A DNA stretch of 64,000 bases from Desulfatiglandales bacterium (GTDB taxonomy: Bacteria; Desulfobacterota; DSM-4660; Desulfatiglandales; Desulfatiglandaceae), in the NCBI GenBank assembly GCA_963666345.1, contig OY762721.1, positions 448,001 to 512,000 on the forward strand, in the 5' to 3' direction. Below the pieces are notes generated by a model. That model did no database searches, was not told where the DNA came from, and worked only from the letters and a program-made list of their open reading frames with translations. The position numbers were made by a program, and so were the translations under genes. This document shows positions 29,371 to 39,552 of this stretch, piece after piece. Each line of letters begins with the position of its first letter. Positions within the stretch are counted from its first letter, which is position 1.

Positions 29371-31212
29371 TCAATTTGTCTCAATTTCGGGAGAAACAAC
29401 CCCGAATTTTTTCATTTTTCTGAACAGGGTCTTTCTTGGAATACCCAGAATAGCGGCAGCCCTGCTCCTGTTCCAATTGGTATTTGCAAGGGCCTCTTTT
29501 ATCATCATTTTCTCAAGGGATTCAATGGCATCTCGCAGATCCCGGCCCTTTTCAACCGACACCGGATCTCCGGAGTCTTCAAACGCCTGCATGGATATAC
29601 CTTTGCCGATATTTCGCATAAAATCGACCTTTCCAACAGTCAGATACCTGTGGAGCGCGTTTTGAAGCTCCCTGACATTTCCCGGCCAGTCGTAATTATA
29701 AAATGCCTCAAGCACGCGACCCGGGATGTCGGACAGCATCTTTTCCTGGTCCTGCTGCCTTAGAAAATGGTCGATAAGGAACGGGATATCCTCCCTTCTG
29801 CATCTCAGAGGCGGGATGTCTATCGGAATCACATGTATCCTGTAAAAGAAATCGGAGCGCATCAAGCCCCTTTTCACATGTTCATTCAGATTCCGGTTTG
29901 TGGCGGCCACGACACGAAAATCGGATTTTTTCGTCTCAGTTCCCCCCACGGCTGTGTAACCGCTCCCTTCTATCGCGCGAAGAAATTTCACCTGTATAGC
30001 CTGGCTCAGTTCCCCCACCTCATCCAGGAACAGGGTACCCTTATCCGCCAGATCGAGGAATCCCTCCTTGTTTCTGTAGGCCCCTGTAAAGGCACCTTTT
30101 CTGTGTCCGAAAAATTCGCTTTCAAGGAGCTGCTCAGGTATTGCCCCGCAGTTTACAGGAACAAAGGTACCGTTTCTCCGTTCACTCATCTCGTGGATCG
30201 CCTTTGCAACCAGTTCCTTCCCGGTTCCCGACTCGCCGTAGACAATAACACCCGCTTCCGATGAAGCCGCCTGCAGGATAAGCTTGTAGACCTTGTTCAT
30301 GGAACTGCTTGCCCCTACGATGTCCGACAATCGGTAACGATCCTTCATCGAAGACTTCAGCTGAATGTTCTCCCTTTTGAGACGGTTTGCCTCTGCCTCC
30401 AGGGCCTTGACCTGAGATCTGTTTTCGGTAATGTCGATTACTGTGCTCAATACGGCAGGATACCCCTCCCACTGGACACGGTTGGGATGACCCTCAACCC
30501 ATATTTCCCTGTCATCCTTGGTAATGCAGGGCCACCTCAACACCCTCAGATCCGATTCACCCTTTTCAATAGCTCTTATGGTATCCCTGAACCGCCCCTT
30601 TTCATCCTCTCTTATGTTTATTCCCGTGTCCCCTCCTATAAGTTCTTTCCTGTCCTTAAATCCGAATATCTTTGCAAAGGCCTCATTTACAAGCACAAAT
30701 TTGCCTTTTTGCATCAGGGCGACCCCGTCAGGCACATTTTCGGCCAGTATCCGATAACCCTCAAGGGACTGCATGAGGGCGGTTTCAAAATGCTTGAGCC
30801 TTGTAATATCCAGAAACGTCTGTACGGCCCCGATTATTGTCCCGTCGAATTCAAATATAGGGGCGGCGATGAAATGGAGATACCTTGCCTTGCCGCCAAC
30901 ATTGCTGAAAAATCCGCTTGCCTCCCACGCATGGGGAATGATATTTGATCGGGCTATATTTCCATCCCTGTAATGGGTAAGGATACCGTTTCTGTCATGC
31001 TCTACAATGAGGTCGGCAAGAAGCGGACGTTTTTTCTCATAAAACGGCTCCCATTGACGCTCCGTCCCTATCATCACCTCCGCCGGCCTTCCGGTCAGGT
31101 GTTCACAGGCCCTGTTCCAGCGCAATATCTTGTGATCTCTTCCGATCGCAAACTGCGGACCTGGCGAGCATTTTATTATTCCCTGATCGATTACCATGTC
31201 ATCTATTTTCAT
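29371..31212 (-). CDS. Sigma54-dependent activator (PAS-PAS-AAA+-HTH)
   Basis: Two PAS-like domains, GESGTGKE, GAFTGA, LFLDEVG, WPGNVREL, Fis HTH. Confidence 0.95.
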   Translation of the reverse strand: MKIDDMVIDQGIIKCSPGPQFAIGRDHKILRWNRACEHLTGRPAEVMIGTERQWEPFYEKKRPLLADLIVEHDRNGILTHYRDGNIARSNIIPHAWEASGFFSNVGGKARYLHFIAAPIFEFDGTIIGAVQTFLDITRLKHFETALMQSLEGYRILAENVPDGVALMQKGKFVLVNEAFAKIFGFKDRKELIGGDTGINIREDEKGRFRDTIRAIEKGESDLRVLRWPCITKDDREIWVEGHPNRVQWEGYPAVLSTVIDITENRSQVKALEAEANRLKRENIQLKSSMKDRYRLSDIVGASSSMNKVYKLILQAASSEAGVIVYGESGTGKELVAKAIHEMSERRNGTFVPVNCGAIPEQLLESEFFGHRKGAFTGAYRNKEGFLDLADKGTLFLDEVGELSQAIQVKFLRAIEGSGYTAVGGTETKKSDFRVVAATNRNLNEHVKRGLMRSDFFYRIHVIPIDIPPLRCRREDIPFLIDHFLRQQDQEKMLSDIPGRVLEAFYNYDWPGNVRELQNALHRYLTVGKVDFMRNIGKGISMQAFEDSGDPVSVEKGRDLRDAIESLEKMMIKEALANTNWNRSRAAAILGIPRKTLFRKMKKFGVVSPEIETN

Positions 31213-31267
31213 TTTCCGTTATTTCCGTTTTTCTAAAACCATGCCTGCCCTCGAACTGAACAGACAC

Positions 31268-32308
31268 TCATAGTTTTACCATAGCCCTTGAAATCGCTTT
31301 AAGTGTCGTTTCAATGTCTTTTGGACCTATCTTGTAATGTGTCACAGCCCTGAGCGATTTGGAGCCTAGAGCCAGCACGCGCACCCCCTCCTTTTCGAGC
31401 ATTTCAACCAGAAGACCGGCATCCGCTCCATCTTTTGAGATATCAAAAAAGACTATATTGGTCTTGACAGAAGACGGATCAAGCTCAAGTCCCTTGATGC
31501 CTGAAATGCCGAGGGCAAGTTTGTGTGCGTTTTCATGATCCTCATGCAGCCTTTCAACCATCTCATTGAGGGCGACGACTCCGCATGCAGCAAGGATTCC
31601 CACCTGCCGCATACCCCCGCCTACCACCTTTCTGCATCTTCTTGCCCTCCTTATAAAATCCTCTGTTCCGCATACAAGAGATCCCGCAGGCGCACACAGT
31701 CCTTTACTGAGGCAGAATGCGACCGAATCGGCCGGCACAACCAGCTCCTCGACTGAAACATTCAGGGCCTGGGCGGCGTTGAATATACGGGCACCGTCCA
31801 CATGGAGCTTCAGGCCTGTTTCCCTTGCAAAATCTCCCACCTTTTTCATGTAAGAGGGACCCAGAGGTGAACCGTTACACCGATTATGTGTATTTTCAAG
31901 CACTATCAACCTGCTTACGGGGAAATGGACATTCTCCTCCCTTATTGCGTGATCCAGGTCCTCAATCCTTATTTTCCCGTCGGCCTGATTCGGAACGGTA
32001 CGGGGATGGATTCCTCCAAGTGCCGCACATCCGCCCTGCTCATAATAAAAGATATGAGACTGATCCCCCAGGATCATCTCGTCACCCCGTCCACAGTGTG
32101 CAAGTTCGGAAACAAGATTTGCCATGGTGCCGCTTGCAACAAAAAGTGCGGCCTCCTTACCTGTCAGTTTTGCCGACATTTCTTCAAGTCTGTTGACAGT
32201 GGGGTCTTCGCCGAATACATCATCCCCGATTTCAGCGTTGTACATGGCCTTTCTCATTGCAGTTGTCGGCTCGGTGATCGTATCCGATCTGAGGTCGATC
32301 ATACGCAT
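31268..32308 (-). CDS. ltaE: Low-specificity L-threonine aldolase
   Basis: DLRSDT, GDDVFGEDPT, SGTMAN, LENTHN, HVDGARIFNA, CLSKGL. Confidence 0.95.
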   Translation of the reverse strand: MRMIDLRSDTITEPTTAMRKAMYNAEIGDDVFGEDPTVNRLEEMSAKLTGKEAALFVASGTMANLVSELAHCGRGDEMILGDQSHIFYYEQGGCAALGGIHPRTVPNQADGKIRIEDLDHAIREENVHFPVSRLIVLENTHNRCNGSPLGPSYMKKVGDFARETGLKLHVDGARIFNAAQALNVSVEELVVPADSVAFCLSKGLCAPAGSLVCGTEDFIRRARRCRKVVGGGMRQVGILAACGVVALNEMVERLHEDHENAHKLALGISGIKGLELDPSSVKTNIVFFDISKDGADAGLLVEMLEKEGVRVLALGSKSLRAVTHYKIGPKDIETTLKAISRAMVKL

Positions 32309-32606
32309 CTGTCTTCTCCTTATTAACGGTCTTAATATATTGCAAATTTAGTGAAAAACTCATTCGATCAGGAAAGACTATGGAAAAGGCCCTTATCTGT
32401 CAAGTTTTGAACCGGCGCCGATTTAAAGATACCCATGTGGTTTCATGCCCAAAAGCACAAGGCAGGAAAGCAGATTCCACGGTTCGAAATGACGCTCCCG
32501 CCCATTTTTTCATTCCATCGGTTGTCAGGGCACAAGCGCTCGAGTCTAAGCATCTCCCTCCCCAAATAGCAAACACATGCCCGTAGCAAACATGTCTTTT
32601 ACAAAC

Positions 32607-32623
32607 TGTCAGATTTATTTACA
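32607..32623. promoter_or_regulatory. Candidate enhancer-binding-protein site (TGT-N11-ACA)
   Basis: TGTCAGATTTATTTACA, ~110 bp upstream of the sigma54 promoter at 32732. Confidence 0.5.
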
Positions 32624-32731
32624 CCCCAATTTTTCTTTTTGGCTCAGTCCCTGCTGCCTATATCTCCCATAAGTGTCTGTTCAAAAGTGCTTTTCATGTT
32701 TTTTGGTGATGATTAAACGGCATTTATATTT

Positions 32732-32747
32732 TGGCATATTTTTTGCT
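32732..32747 (+). promoter_or_regulatory. Sigma54 (-24/-12) promoter
   Basis: TGGCATATTTTTTGCT (GG-N10-GC). Confidence 0.75.
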
Positions 32748-32758
32748 TAGTATAAAAC

Positions 32759-33070
32759 ATAACTGAAAAGGCTTGGATCCTGGCCGGATGGCATACAGGC
32801 AAGATCAAGGCTGAAAAAAATCGGCTTCCTGGATGGTCGCTAAGTTTCAGACCGGATTGCAAATGAAAGAGAAACGCCATGACCTCCTTGCGGCACAAAG
32901 GCGCCATCACTGGAAGCCGAACATCAAATACTGAACCCCTGTTGGATTTTCAATTAACAGCTTAATCACTAGGTGTGGCCTTCTATACTAATCACAGGTG
33001 GATCTTTATTTGTCTCATCAGTTCACGGCGCCTGCTTATTCTCAATGGGTAAGCAGGCGTCCGTGTCTTT
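32759..33070 (+). ncRNA. Candidate sigma54-dependent structured small RNA
   Basis: Lies between a sigma54 promoter and a long terminator hairpin; internal stems; 7 GGA motifs; no convincing ORF. Confidence 0.5.
33024..33070 (+). terminator. Intrinsic terminator-like hairpin
   Basis: CACGG-CGCCTGCTTATTC/GGGTAAGCAGGCG-t-CCGTG then TCTTT. Confidence 0.7.
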
Positions 33071-33142
33071 GCAGGTGTCATCACCTAATTGGGTCATAAT
33101 CAACCATGACTGAAGATTTCGGCCCAGCCTTGGGCACCCCCG

Positions 33143-33228
33143 CAAGACTTTGGAATCAAGGCGCCGACAACCTACGGCTTAGGCGTATGACTAATGGGCC
33201 CGCGCATTACCTCTTGACGGTGGATCAG
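33143..33228 (+). repeat. Short degenerate intergenic repeat, copy C
   Basis: CAAG-N11-AAGGCGCC, TATGAC, GCGCAT, GGTGGATCAG blocks shared with copy A. Confidence 0.5.
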
Positions 33229-33351
33229 AATCTTTAATTGGCGCTTGTCTGAAATTGCGGTTTATGCTAAGTAATCCAGGATAGATTCTTATTGTCAGGC
33301 CTTTTCTTTATATCTCCAAAACCTTATAAAAGACGCATCAAGGGGGGCCTC

Positions 33352-34254
33352 ATGGATGACAAAGAAAAAGGTATGGTTCTTGCCTCATTTGCCGGAGATT
33401 CTCTTTCCCTTGCTGCTCACTGGGTCTATGACACAAATACGATCAAAAGGAATTTCGGCAGAATAGAATCCTTTTTTAAACCCGCATCAAACTCCTTTCA
33501 CCCCACCAAAGAGGATGGTGAATTCACCCATTACGGTGACCAAACCCTCGTGCTTCTTGAATCCCTTGCTGAAAAGAGAGGATTCGAACTCAAGGACTTC
33601 GCTCAAAAATGGAGGTCGTTCTTTGAAAACTACCGGGGGTATTTCGATCAGGCGACCAAGGTAACCCTCAGCCGTTTTTCATCGGACATGCCTCCTGAAG
33701 AATCAGGTTCCCCCTCGGACGACCTTGGCGGAGTGTCTCGAATCGCTCCTCTTGTGTACGCATACAGGGATGATCTGAAAGGTCTTATGAATGCCTCCAA
33801 GGCTCAAACAGCAATGACGCACAGGGACCCTATCGTCTTGAAAAGTGCCGTTTTTTTCTCACGCCTTACCTGGCAGATTCTTAAAGGCGACACACCTACC
33901 CATGCGATCGACAAGATAGCAAGAGAGCACTTTGAGCAATCCCCGATATACAACTGGGTGCAGATAGGGCTCGCCTCAAAGGATATGGACACTGTTTCCG
34001 TCATATCCAATTTCGGCCAGAGCTGTCATACAAGAGAGGCCCTTCCCGGAGTCATACATATCATTGCCAGACATGAAAAAGACCTAAAAGAGGCCCTGAT
34101 TCAGTGCGTGATGTCGGGTGGCGACAGTGCGGCAAGGGCGATGATCGTCGGCATGGTCCTGGGGGCCCATCTGGGCTGTGGACCGATACCTGCAGATTGG
34201 ACCACAGGGCTAAAGGCGAGAGAAAAAATATTGGACCTGTTGGAAAGGATTTGA
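33352..34254 (+). CDS. ADP-ribosylglycohydrolase family protein
   Basis: GDSLSL..HW.Y, G..THYGDQ, MTH, GGDSAARA...G.VLGA..G...IP..W. Confidence 0.85.
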   Translation: MDDKEKGMVLASFAGDSLSLAAHWVYDTNTIKRNFGRIESFFKPASNSFHPTKEDGEFTHYGDQTLVLLESLAEKRGFELKDFAQKWRSFFENYRGYFDQATKVTLSRFSSDMPPEESGSPSDDLGGVSRIAPLVYAYRDDLKGLMNASKAQTAMTHRDPIVLKSAVFFSRLTWQILKGDTPTHAIDKIAREHFEQSPIYNWVQIGLASKDMDTVSVISNFGQSCHTREALPGVIHIIARHEKDLKEALIQCVMSGGDSAARAMIVGMVLGAHLGCGPIPADWTTGLKAREKILDLLERI

Positions 34255-34467
34255 AAACCAGGCATGCATATCTTTTGACAATCCCCCCTGTTCCTTTTCA
34301 TTGACAAAAAAGGCCATCCCCTGCAAGAATAATTGTCCATAAGAAATCAAAGGCCCCTGGATTCCGCCTCTAAGTCGGAAATCTGCGTTTGGCTGAAAGA
34401 CCGCTATTGTTACTGAAATTTGCTATATTTTGAGCCTCCCGCTCAGCAATGTCATGGAGAAAAGCCT

Positions 34468-35154
34468 ATGGAACTTGAATTCATCAAGGCGCGCGACCTG
34501 CCGGACGCATGGTTTCAATGCGTATACAGGCTGCTGGAACAAGGAAGAGAATATATAATAGACAGGGGAAGTTACGAAGGACAGAAAAGGCTCGAATTCG
34601 ACTATCTTACCGTCCATATCCGGTACCCCGGCGTAAGGCCTCTGCTGCCGGATATCCCGCCTGCGCTTGGCATCCCCAACCCGGTTGCGGAAGGCTATCT
34701 GGAAGATTACCTTCCCTACCTGATGACTTCCTTAAAGCAACCCGGTGAGGACTACACATACGGGTCCTATCTGGAGACTCAGATAGGTGAAGTCATTCGT
34801 ATGTACAAAAAGGATGGATACGGCACGAATCAGGCATACATGACCGTAGGCGAACCGAAGACCATCTATCTCAAAGACCCTCCCTGTCTTAGAGGCATCG
34901 ACACGAGGGTTACCAACGGCAAGCTCCACTTTTTCGTCTACTTCAGATCATGGGATCTCTGGAACGGCTTTCCGGCCAATCTCGGTGCCATCCAGCTCTT
35001 GAAGGAATACATGGCCGCAGAGATAGGTATCGAGGATGGAGAGATAGTGGCGGCAAGCAAAGGGCTTCACCTCTATGACTATGTATGGGAACTTGCGGAA
35101 CTCAGGACTATGTGCTCAAAGAAACAGGCCATTAAGCTGAAGGCTGACGGCTGA
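34468..35154 (+). CDS. thyA: Thymidylate synthase, short archaeal-like ThyA type
   Basis: YTYG, DPPCL (catalytic Cys), FRSWD, FPANL, LHLY. Confidence 0.85.
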   Translation: MELEFIKARDLPDAWFQCVYRLLEQGREYIIDRGSYEGQKRLEFDYLTVHIRYPGVRPLLPDIPPALGIPNPVAEGYLEDYLPYLMTSLKQPGEDYTYGSYLETQIGEVIRMYKKDGYGTNQAYMTVGEPKTIYLKDPPCLRGIDTRVTNGKLHFFVYFRSWDLWNGFPANLGAIQLLKEYMAAEIGIEDGEIVAASKGLHLYDYVWELAELRTMCSKKQAIKLKADG

Positions 35155-35159
35155 ACGCT

Positions 35160-35188
35160 CCATCCGGAAATCTTCGGTTTATGGATGG
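35160..35188. repeat. Mini hairpin sharing the terminal repeat of the 59042-59291 element
   Basis: CCATCCGGAAAT-cttcg-GTTTATGGATGG immediately after the thyA stop. Confidence 0.5.
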
Positions 35189-35306
35189 CATCGACTTAAT
35201 CCGGGCATTAAGGCGAAATCATCTTTTTAAGGCCTGAGTCAGGTAAACAGGTTCTGGATTACGAAACTACGACCTTTTCTGAAATCTTGCTCACTCTGAT
35301 TTTTGA

Positions 35307-36377
35307 ATGATAATGGAAAATTTCAATAAGATTAAATTAAAAGGGCTGAACGAGGCGGAAACCGAAGCCTGGGTCCTGGACCAGGGGATGGATTCCTACA
35401 GGTCCCGCCAGGTAAGGCACTGGCTCTTTAAAAAGTTTGTCAAGTCCTTTGATGAAATGACCAATATCTCGGCATCCTGTCGTGCCCTGTTCGATGAAAG
35501 GGCAGACATTTGCCCCCTGGAGCAGGTCGACAAACTTGAGTCAACAGATACCACGGCCAAATACCTTTTCAAATGCCATGACGGCAATCTGGTAGAATCC
35601 GTTCTGATTCCTGAAAGAGACCACCTCACCCTCTGCATATCTTCGCAGGCAGGTTGTTCAATGGGTTGCCGTTTTTGCCTCACTGCCAGGCAGGGTCTCA
35701 CAAGGAATCTTACTCCCGATGAAATCATAGAGCAGGTAATACTGGTAAAACGGTCAATCAGCACCCCGGACCGAATTACCAACATAGTCCTTATGGGCAT
35801 GGGAGAGCCGCTTGCCAATTATGACTCGGTAATCAAGGCGATTAAAAATATGATTTCCGAAGAGGCAATGAACTTTTCTCACCGGAAGATTACCCTTTCA
35901 ACCTGCGGGCTTGTTCCCCAGATACGCCGGCTGGGAAAAGACATACCGGTAAACCTGGCCATATCCCTCAATGCCCCTGATGACGGGAAACGTGATTATC
36001 TTATGCCGGTTAACAAGGTCTATCCGATAAAGGAACTGCTTTCCGCATGCAGGGACTTTCCCCTTCCAAACAGAAGGATGCTTACATTTGAGTATATCCT
36101 CATAGCCGGCATAAATGACACGGATGAAGATGCCTTAAGACTCTGCAAGATACTTAAAGGCCTGAGGGCGAAGATAAACCTCATTCCCCTTAACCCCCAT
36201 CCTTCCTCAGACATGGCCCCGTCCCCGCCGGAACGTATACAGGCATTCCAGGACATACTGGCAAGAAATCATTACACCGCCATAATAAGGAAGAGCAAGG
36301 GAAGAGATATACTGGCGGCCTGCGGGCAATTAAGTGGAAAATACAGACGGATACAAGGGGGGGCAGGCGCCTCTTAG
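35307..36377 (+). CDS. rlmN: 23S rRNA/tRNA m2A radical SAM methyltransferase
   Basis: CISSQAGCSMGCRFC, MGMGEPL, DILAACGQL. Confidence 0.96.
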   Translation: MIMENFNKIKLKGLNEAETEAWVLDQGMDSYRSRQVRHWLFKKFVKSFDEMTNISASCRALFDERADICPLEQVDKLESTDTTAKYLFKCHDGNLVESVLIPERDHLTLCISSQAGCSMGCRFCLTARQGLTRNLTPDEIIEQVILVKRSISTPDRITNIVLMGMGEPLANYDSVIKAIKNMISEEAMNFSHRKITLSTCGLVPQIRRLGKDIPVNLAISLNAPDDGKRDYLMPVNKVYPIKELLSACRDFPLPNRRMLTFEYILIAGINDTDEDALRLCKILKGLRAKINLIPLNPHPSSDMAPSPPERIQAFQDILARNHYTAIIRKSKGRDILAACGQLSGKYRRIQGGAGAS

Positions 36378-36484
36378 CAAATTTTCCCAAGACCCGCGGA
36401 TATTATCACCAGTCCTTTTTCCTTGCGGTTAAATTCCTTTTTGTGCTAGTTTTCGTTTTCATTTCTATATAGAGAGGTAATGAT

Positions 36485-36865
36485 ATGATCGAACTTGATT
36501 TTTCCAAGGGAGAGGGATTGCTTCCCGCCATAGCACAGGATCACGTCTCAGGGAGGGTCCTTATGCTCGCATACATCAGCAAAGAGTCGTGGGAAAAGAC
36601 CCTGGAAACAGGAGAAGTTCATTACTGGAGCCGCTCTCGCCGGGAGCTTTGGCACAAGGGAGGAACATCAGGCAATGTCCAGGTGGTAAAGGAAATTTAT
36701 GCGGACTGTGACAATGACACCGTGCTTTTCAAGGTGGAACAGATCGGTGGGGCCGCCTGCCACCTGGGATACGAGTCCTGCTTTCACAAAATGATAGAAA
36801 AAGACGGCACCTTCAGGGTCGTCGACAAAAGGATTTTTGACCCAAAAGAGGTATACGGTAAATGA
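36485..36865 (+). CDS. hisI: Phosphoribosyl-AMP cyclohydrolase
   Basis: YWSRSR..LW.KG.TSG, DCDNDT, ACH...SCF. Confidence 0.95.
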   Translation: MIELDFSKGEGLLPAIAQDHVSGRVLMLAYISKESWEKTLETGEVHYWSRSRRELWHKGGTSGNVQVVKEIYADCDNDTVLFKVEQIGGAACHLGYESCFHKMIEKDGTFRVVDKRIFDPKEVYGK

Positions 36866-37734
36866 AACAGCTCAAATTCGGAATCCCAAAGGGAAGCCTG
36901 CAAAGTGCAACTATAGCGCTTTTTGAAAAGTCGGGCTGGAAAATTTCTGTAAACTCACGCAGCTATTTCCCCGACATAAACGACGAAACCATATGCTGCA
37001 GCATCTGCCGCGCCCAGGAGATGTCCAGGTACGTGGAAAACGGGACCATCGACGTGGGCCTTACAGGAAAGGACTGGATTGAGGAAAACGAATCGGATGT
37101 CGTTGTTGTTGACAATCTGATTTACTCCAAGGTCTCCCAGAAACCGGCCAGATGGGTACTTGCCGTGCCCGCAGACTCCAGTATAAAGAAGCTGAACGAT
37201 CTTGAAGGCAAAAAGATCTCCACGGAGCTGGTCAACTTTACACGAAAGTACTTTGAAGACAGAGACATATCCGTTAAGGTTGAATTTTCATGGGGTGCGA
37301 CAGAGGCAAAAGTGGTTTCAGGACTCGCCGACGCCATAGTGGAGGTTACTGAAACCGGCAGTACCATAAGGGCGCACGGGCTCAAGATCATTCATGAGCT
37401 TATGGAGACGAACACCCAGTTGATAGCCAACAGAGAGGCCTACGAAGATAAATGGAAACGTGCCAAGATCGACCATATTGTCCTTCTTCTTCAGGGCGCA
37501 CTCAGGGCGGAAAGCATGGTAGGGTTAAAAATGAATGTCCCGAAGGATAAAATGGAAGGGGTCATCGAAATTCTGCCAAGTCTTGACGCACCCACTGTGG
37601 CTAATCTCTACCAAAAAGAGTGGTTGTCGGTCGAGGCAATAATAGAAAGATCCGTTGTCAGAGATCTTATTCCGAAGCTGCTCAATGCCGGCGCCAAAGG
37701 GATAATCGAATACTCCCTTAACAAAGTAATATAG
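36862..37734 (+). CDS. hisG: ATP phosphoribosyltransferase (long form)
   Basis: IPKGSL, GLTGKDW, GATEAK, ETGST, C-terminal regulatory domain. Confidence 0.96.
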   Translation: MKQLKFGIPKGSLQSATIALFEKSGWKISVNSRSYFPDINDETICCSICRAQEMSRYVENGTIDVGLTGKDWIEENESDVVVVDNLIYSKVSQKPARWVLAVPADSSIKKLNDLEGKKISTELVNFTRKYFEDRDISVKVEFSWGATEAKVVSGLADAIVEVTETGSTIRAHGLKIIHELMETNTQLIANREAYEDKWKRAKIDHIVLLLQGALRAESMVGLKMNVPKDKMEGVIEILPSLDAPTVANLYQKEWLSVEAIIERSVVRDLIPKLLNAGAKGIIEYSLNKVI

Positions 37735-37764
37735 GGCTACTGAAATGAATCATCAGGTGAGTCG

Positions 37765-38910
37765 ATGAGCAGGATTACCAAAAGGGGAAAGGAGATACCC
37801 TCCTTCATAGTCATGGATGTTCTTGAAAGGGCCCATGAGCTGGAAAAACAGGGGCGAAACATTATTCATCTCGAGATAGGAGAACCTGATTTCAAGACAC
37901 CCCGGTGCATTTGCGATGCCGCTCAGGAGGCAATGGACAAGGGTGAAACGCATTACACTCACAGCCTGGGGATCACGGAACTAAGAGAGGCCATAAGCGA
38001 ACACTACGATAAAAAATATGGGATATCAGTGGACCCATCGCAAATAGTGGTAACATCAGGCACGTCACCTGCGCTTTTCATGATCTTCGCCTCTCTTCTG
38101 GAACAGGATGATGAAATAATAATGGCCGACCCTCACTACCCGTGTTACCCCAATTTCGCACGTTTCATGGGCGCCAGACCGATATTTGTAGACACATCCG
38201 AAGAAGACGGATTCCAGTTGAAGGCAAGGGACATCAAGGCGAAAGTAGGGCCCAAGACCAGGGCCGTCCTTATAAATTCACCGGCTAACCCGACCGGTAA
38301 TCTCCTCAGCGAGAAAAGGATGAGGAATATTGCAGACCTCGGCATCCCGGTCATATCTGATGAGATTTATCATGGCCTTGTCTACGGCCAGAGGGAACGC
38401 TCAATTCTCGAATTTACCGAAAATGCCTTCGTGCTAAACGGCTTCTCAAAGATATATGCCATGACCGGCTGGCGTCTCGGGTACATAATAGCCCCTCGGG
38501 ACTTCATGCATCCGCTGCAGAAGGTTCATCAAAATTTCTTTATTTCAGCAAGCAGCATATCCCAATGGGCCGGGGTGGCGGCACTTAAAAATGCCGAATC
38601 GGACGTTGAAAAAATGAAAGAGACATACGATAAGCGCCGAAGATATATGACGGGCAGGCTCAAGGATCTCGGTTTCGGGCTTTCAGTTGAACCACGAGGG
38701 GCATTCTATATCCTGGTAAATGCGAAACATCTCTCATCAAGTTCGTACGAACTGGCCTTTGATATCCTTGAAAAGGCGGGAGTCGGGGTAACACCCGGCA
38801 TAGATTTCGGCCGAAACGCAGAGGGTTATCTGCGCTTTTCATACGCCAATTCCCTGGACAACATCAAGGAGGGGTTGAACAGGCTGGAAGCTTATCTCAA
38901 TAAAAGCTGA
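37765..38910 (+). CDS. Class I/II PLP aminotransferase (AspC-like)
   Basis: LEIGEPDF, NSPANPTG, SDEIY, FSKIYAMTGWRLG. Confidence 0.93.
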   Translation: MSRITKRGKEIPSFIVMDVLERAHELEKQGRNIIHLEIGEPDFKTPRCICDAAQEAMDKGETHYTHSLGITELREAISEHYDKKYGISVDPSQIVVTSGTSPALFMIFASLLEQDDEIIMADPHYPCYPNFARFMGARPIFVDTSEEDGFQLKARDIKAKVGPKTRAVLINSPANPTGNLLSEKRMRNIADLGIPVISDEIYHGLVYGQRERSILEFTENAFVLNGFSKIYAMTGWRLGYIIAPRDFMHPLQKVHQNFFISASSISQWAGVAALKNAESDVEKMKETYDKRRRYMTGRLKDLGFGLSVEPRGAFYILVNAKHLSSSSYELAFDILEKAGVGVTPGIDFGRNAEGYLRFSYANSLDNIKEGLNRLEAYLNKS

Positions 38911-38931
38911 TCTCCCTTTGACTCCCAGAAA

Positions 38932-39552
38932 ATGGATAAGCCCGGAATGAAGACCGTCTTCATAAAAAGCGCCTTTGATATCAGACATTTTCCTCCGGAG
39001 GACCGCCCTGAGATTGCCTTCGCAGGCAAGTCCAACGTGGGGAAGTCTTCCCTCATCAACAGCCTCGTGAACCGCAAGAATCTAGCCAGGACAAGTGCCA
39101 GACCGGGAAGGACACAGGCCCTGAATTTCTTCCAGGCAGGCCGGCTCTACATTGTGGATCTTCCCGGATATGGATTCGCCCGTGTCCCTCTGAGCGTAAA
39201 AAAAAGCTGGCAGAAAATGGTTGAGGCGTATCTGAGCAATCGTGAAAACCTGCGAGCGGTCGTGGTCATTATAGATATACGGAGGGATCTTTCCGAGGGA
39301 GATATCAACCTGATTGAATGGCTCTATCACTTTGAGATCGAGTCGATACCCGTACTTACAAAAGCAGACAAGTTATCCCGCCAGAAGGCCGCCAATAAGG
39401 CGGAAATCATAACCCGCCGATTAAATCTGTACTCCGAACTGAAGCCGGTCCTGTTTTCGGCCAAGACAAGTCAGGGCCGAGATGAGTTATGGGAAAGGAT
39501 AGCCGATGCGGCCGGTCTTGATCACTCAGACCTGAAAACGTTCAGGCCGTAA
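38932..39552 (+). CDS. engB: GTP-binding protein EngB/YihA
   Basis: GKSNVGKSS, PGRT, DLPGYG, TKADK. Confidence 0.95.
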   Translation: MDKPGMKTVFIKSAFDIRHFPPEDRPEIAFAGKSNVGKSSLINSLVNRKNLARTSARPGRTQALNFFQAGRLYIVDLPGYGFARVPLSVKKSWQKMVEAYLSNRENLRAVVVIIDIRRDLSEGDINLIEWLYHFEIESIPVLTKADKLSRQKAANKAEIITRRLNLYSELKPVLFSAKTSQGRDELWERIADAAGLDHSDLKTFRP

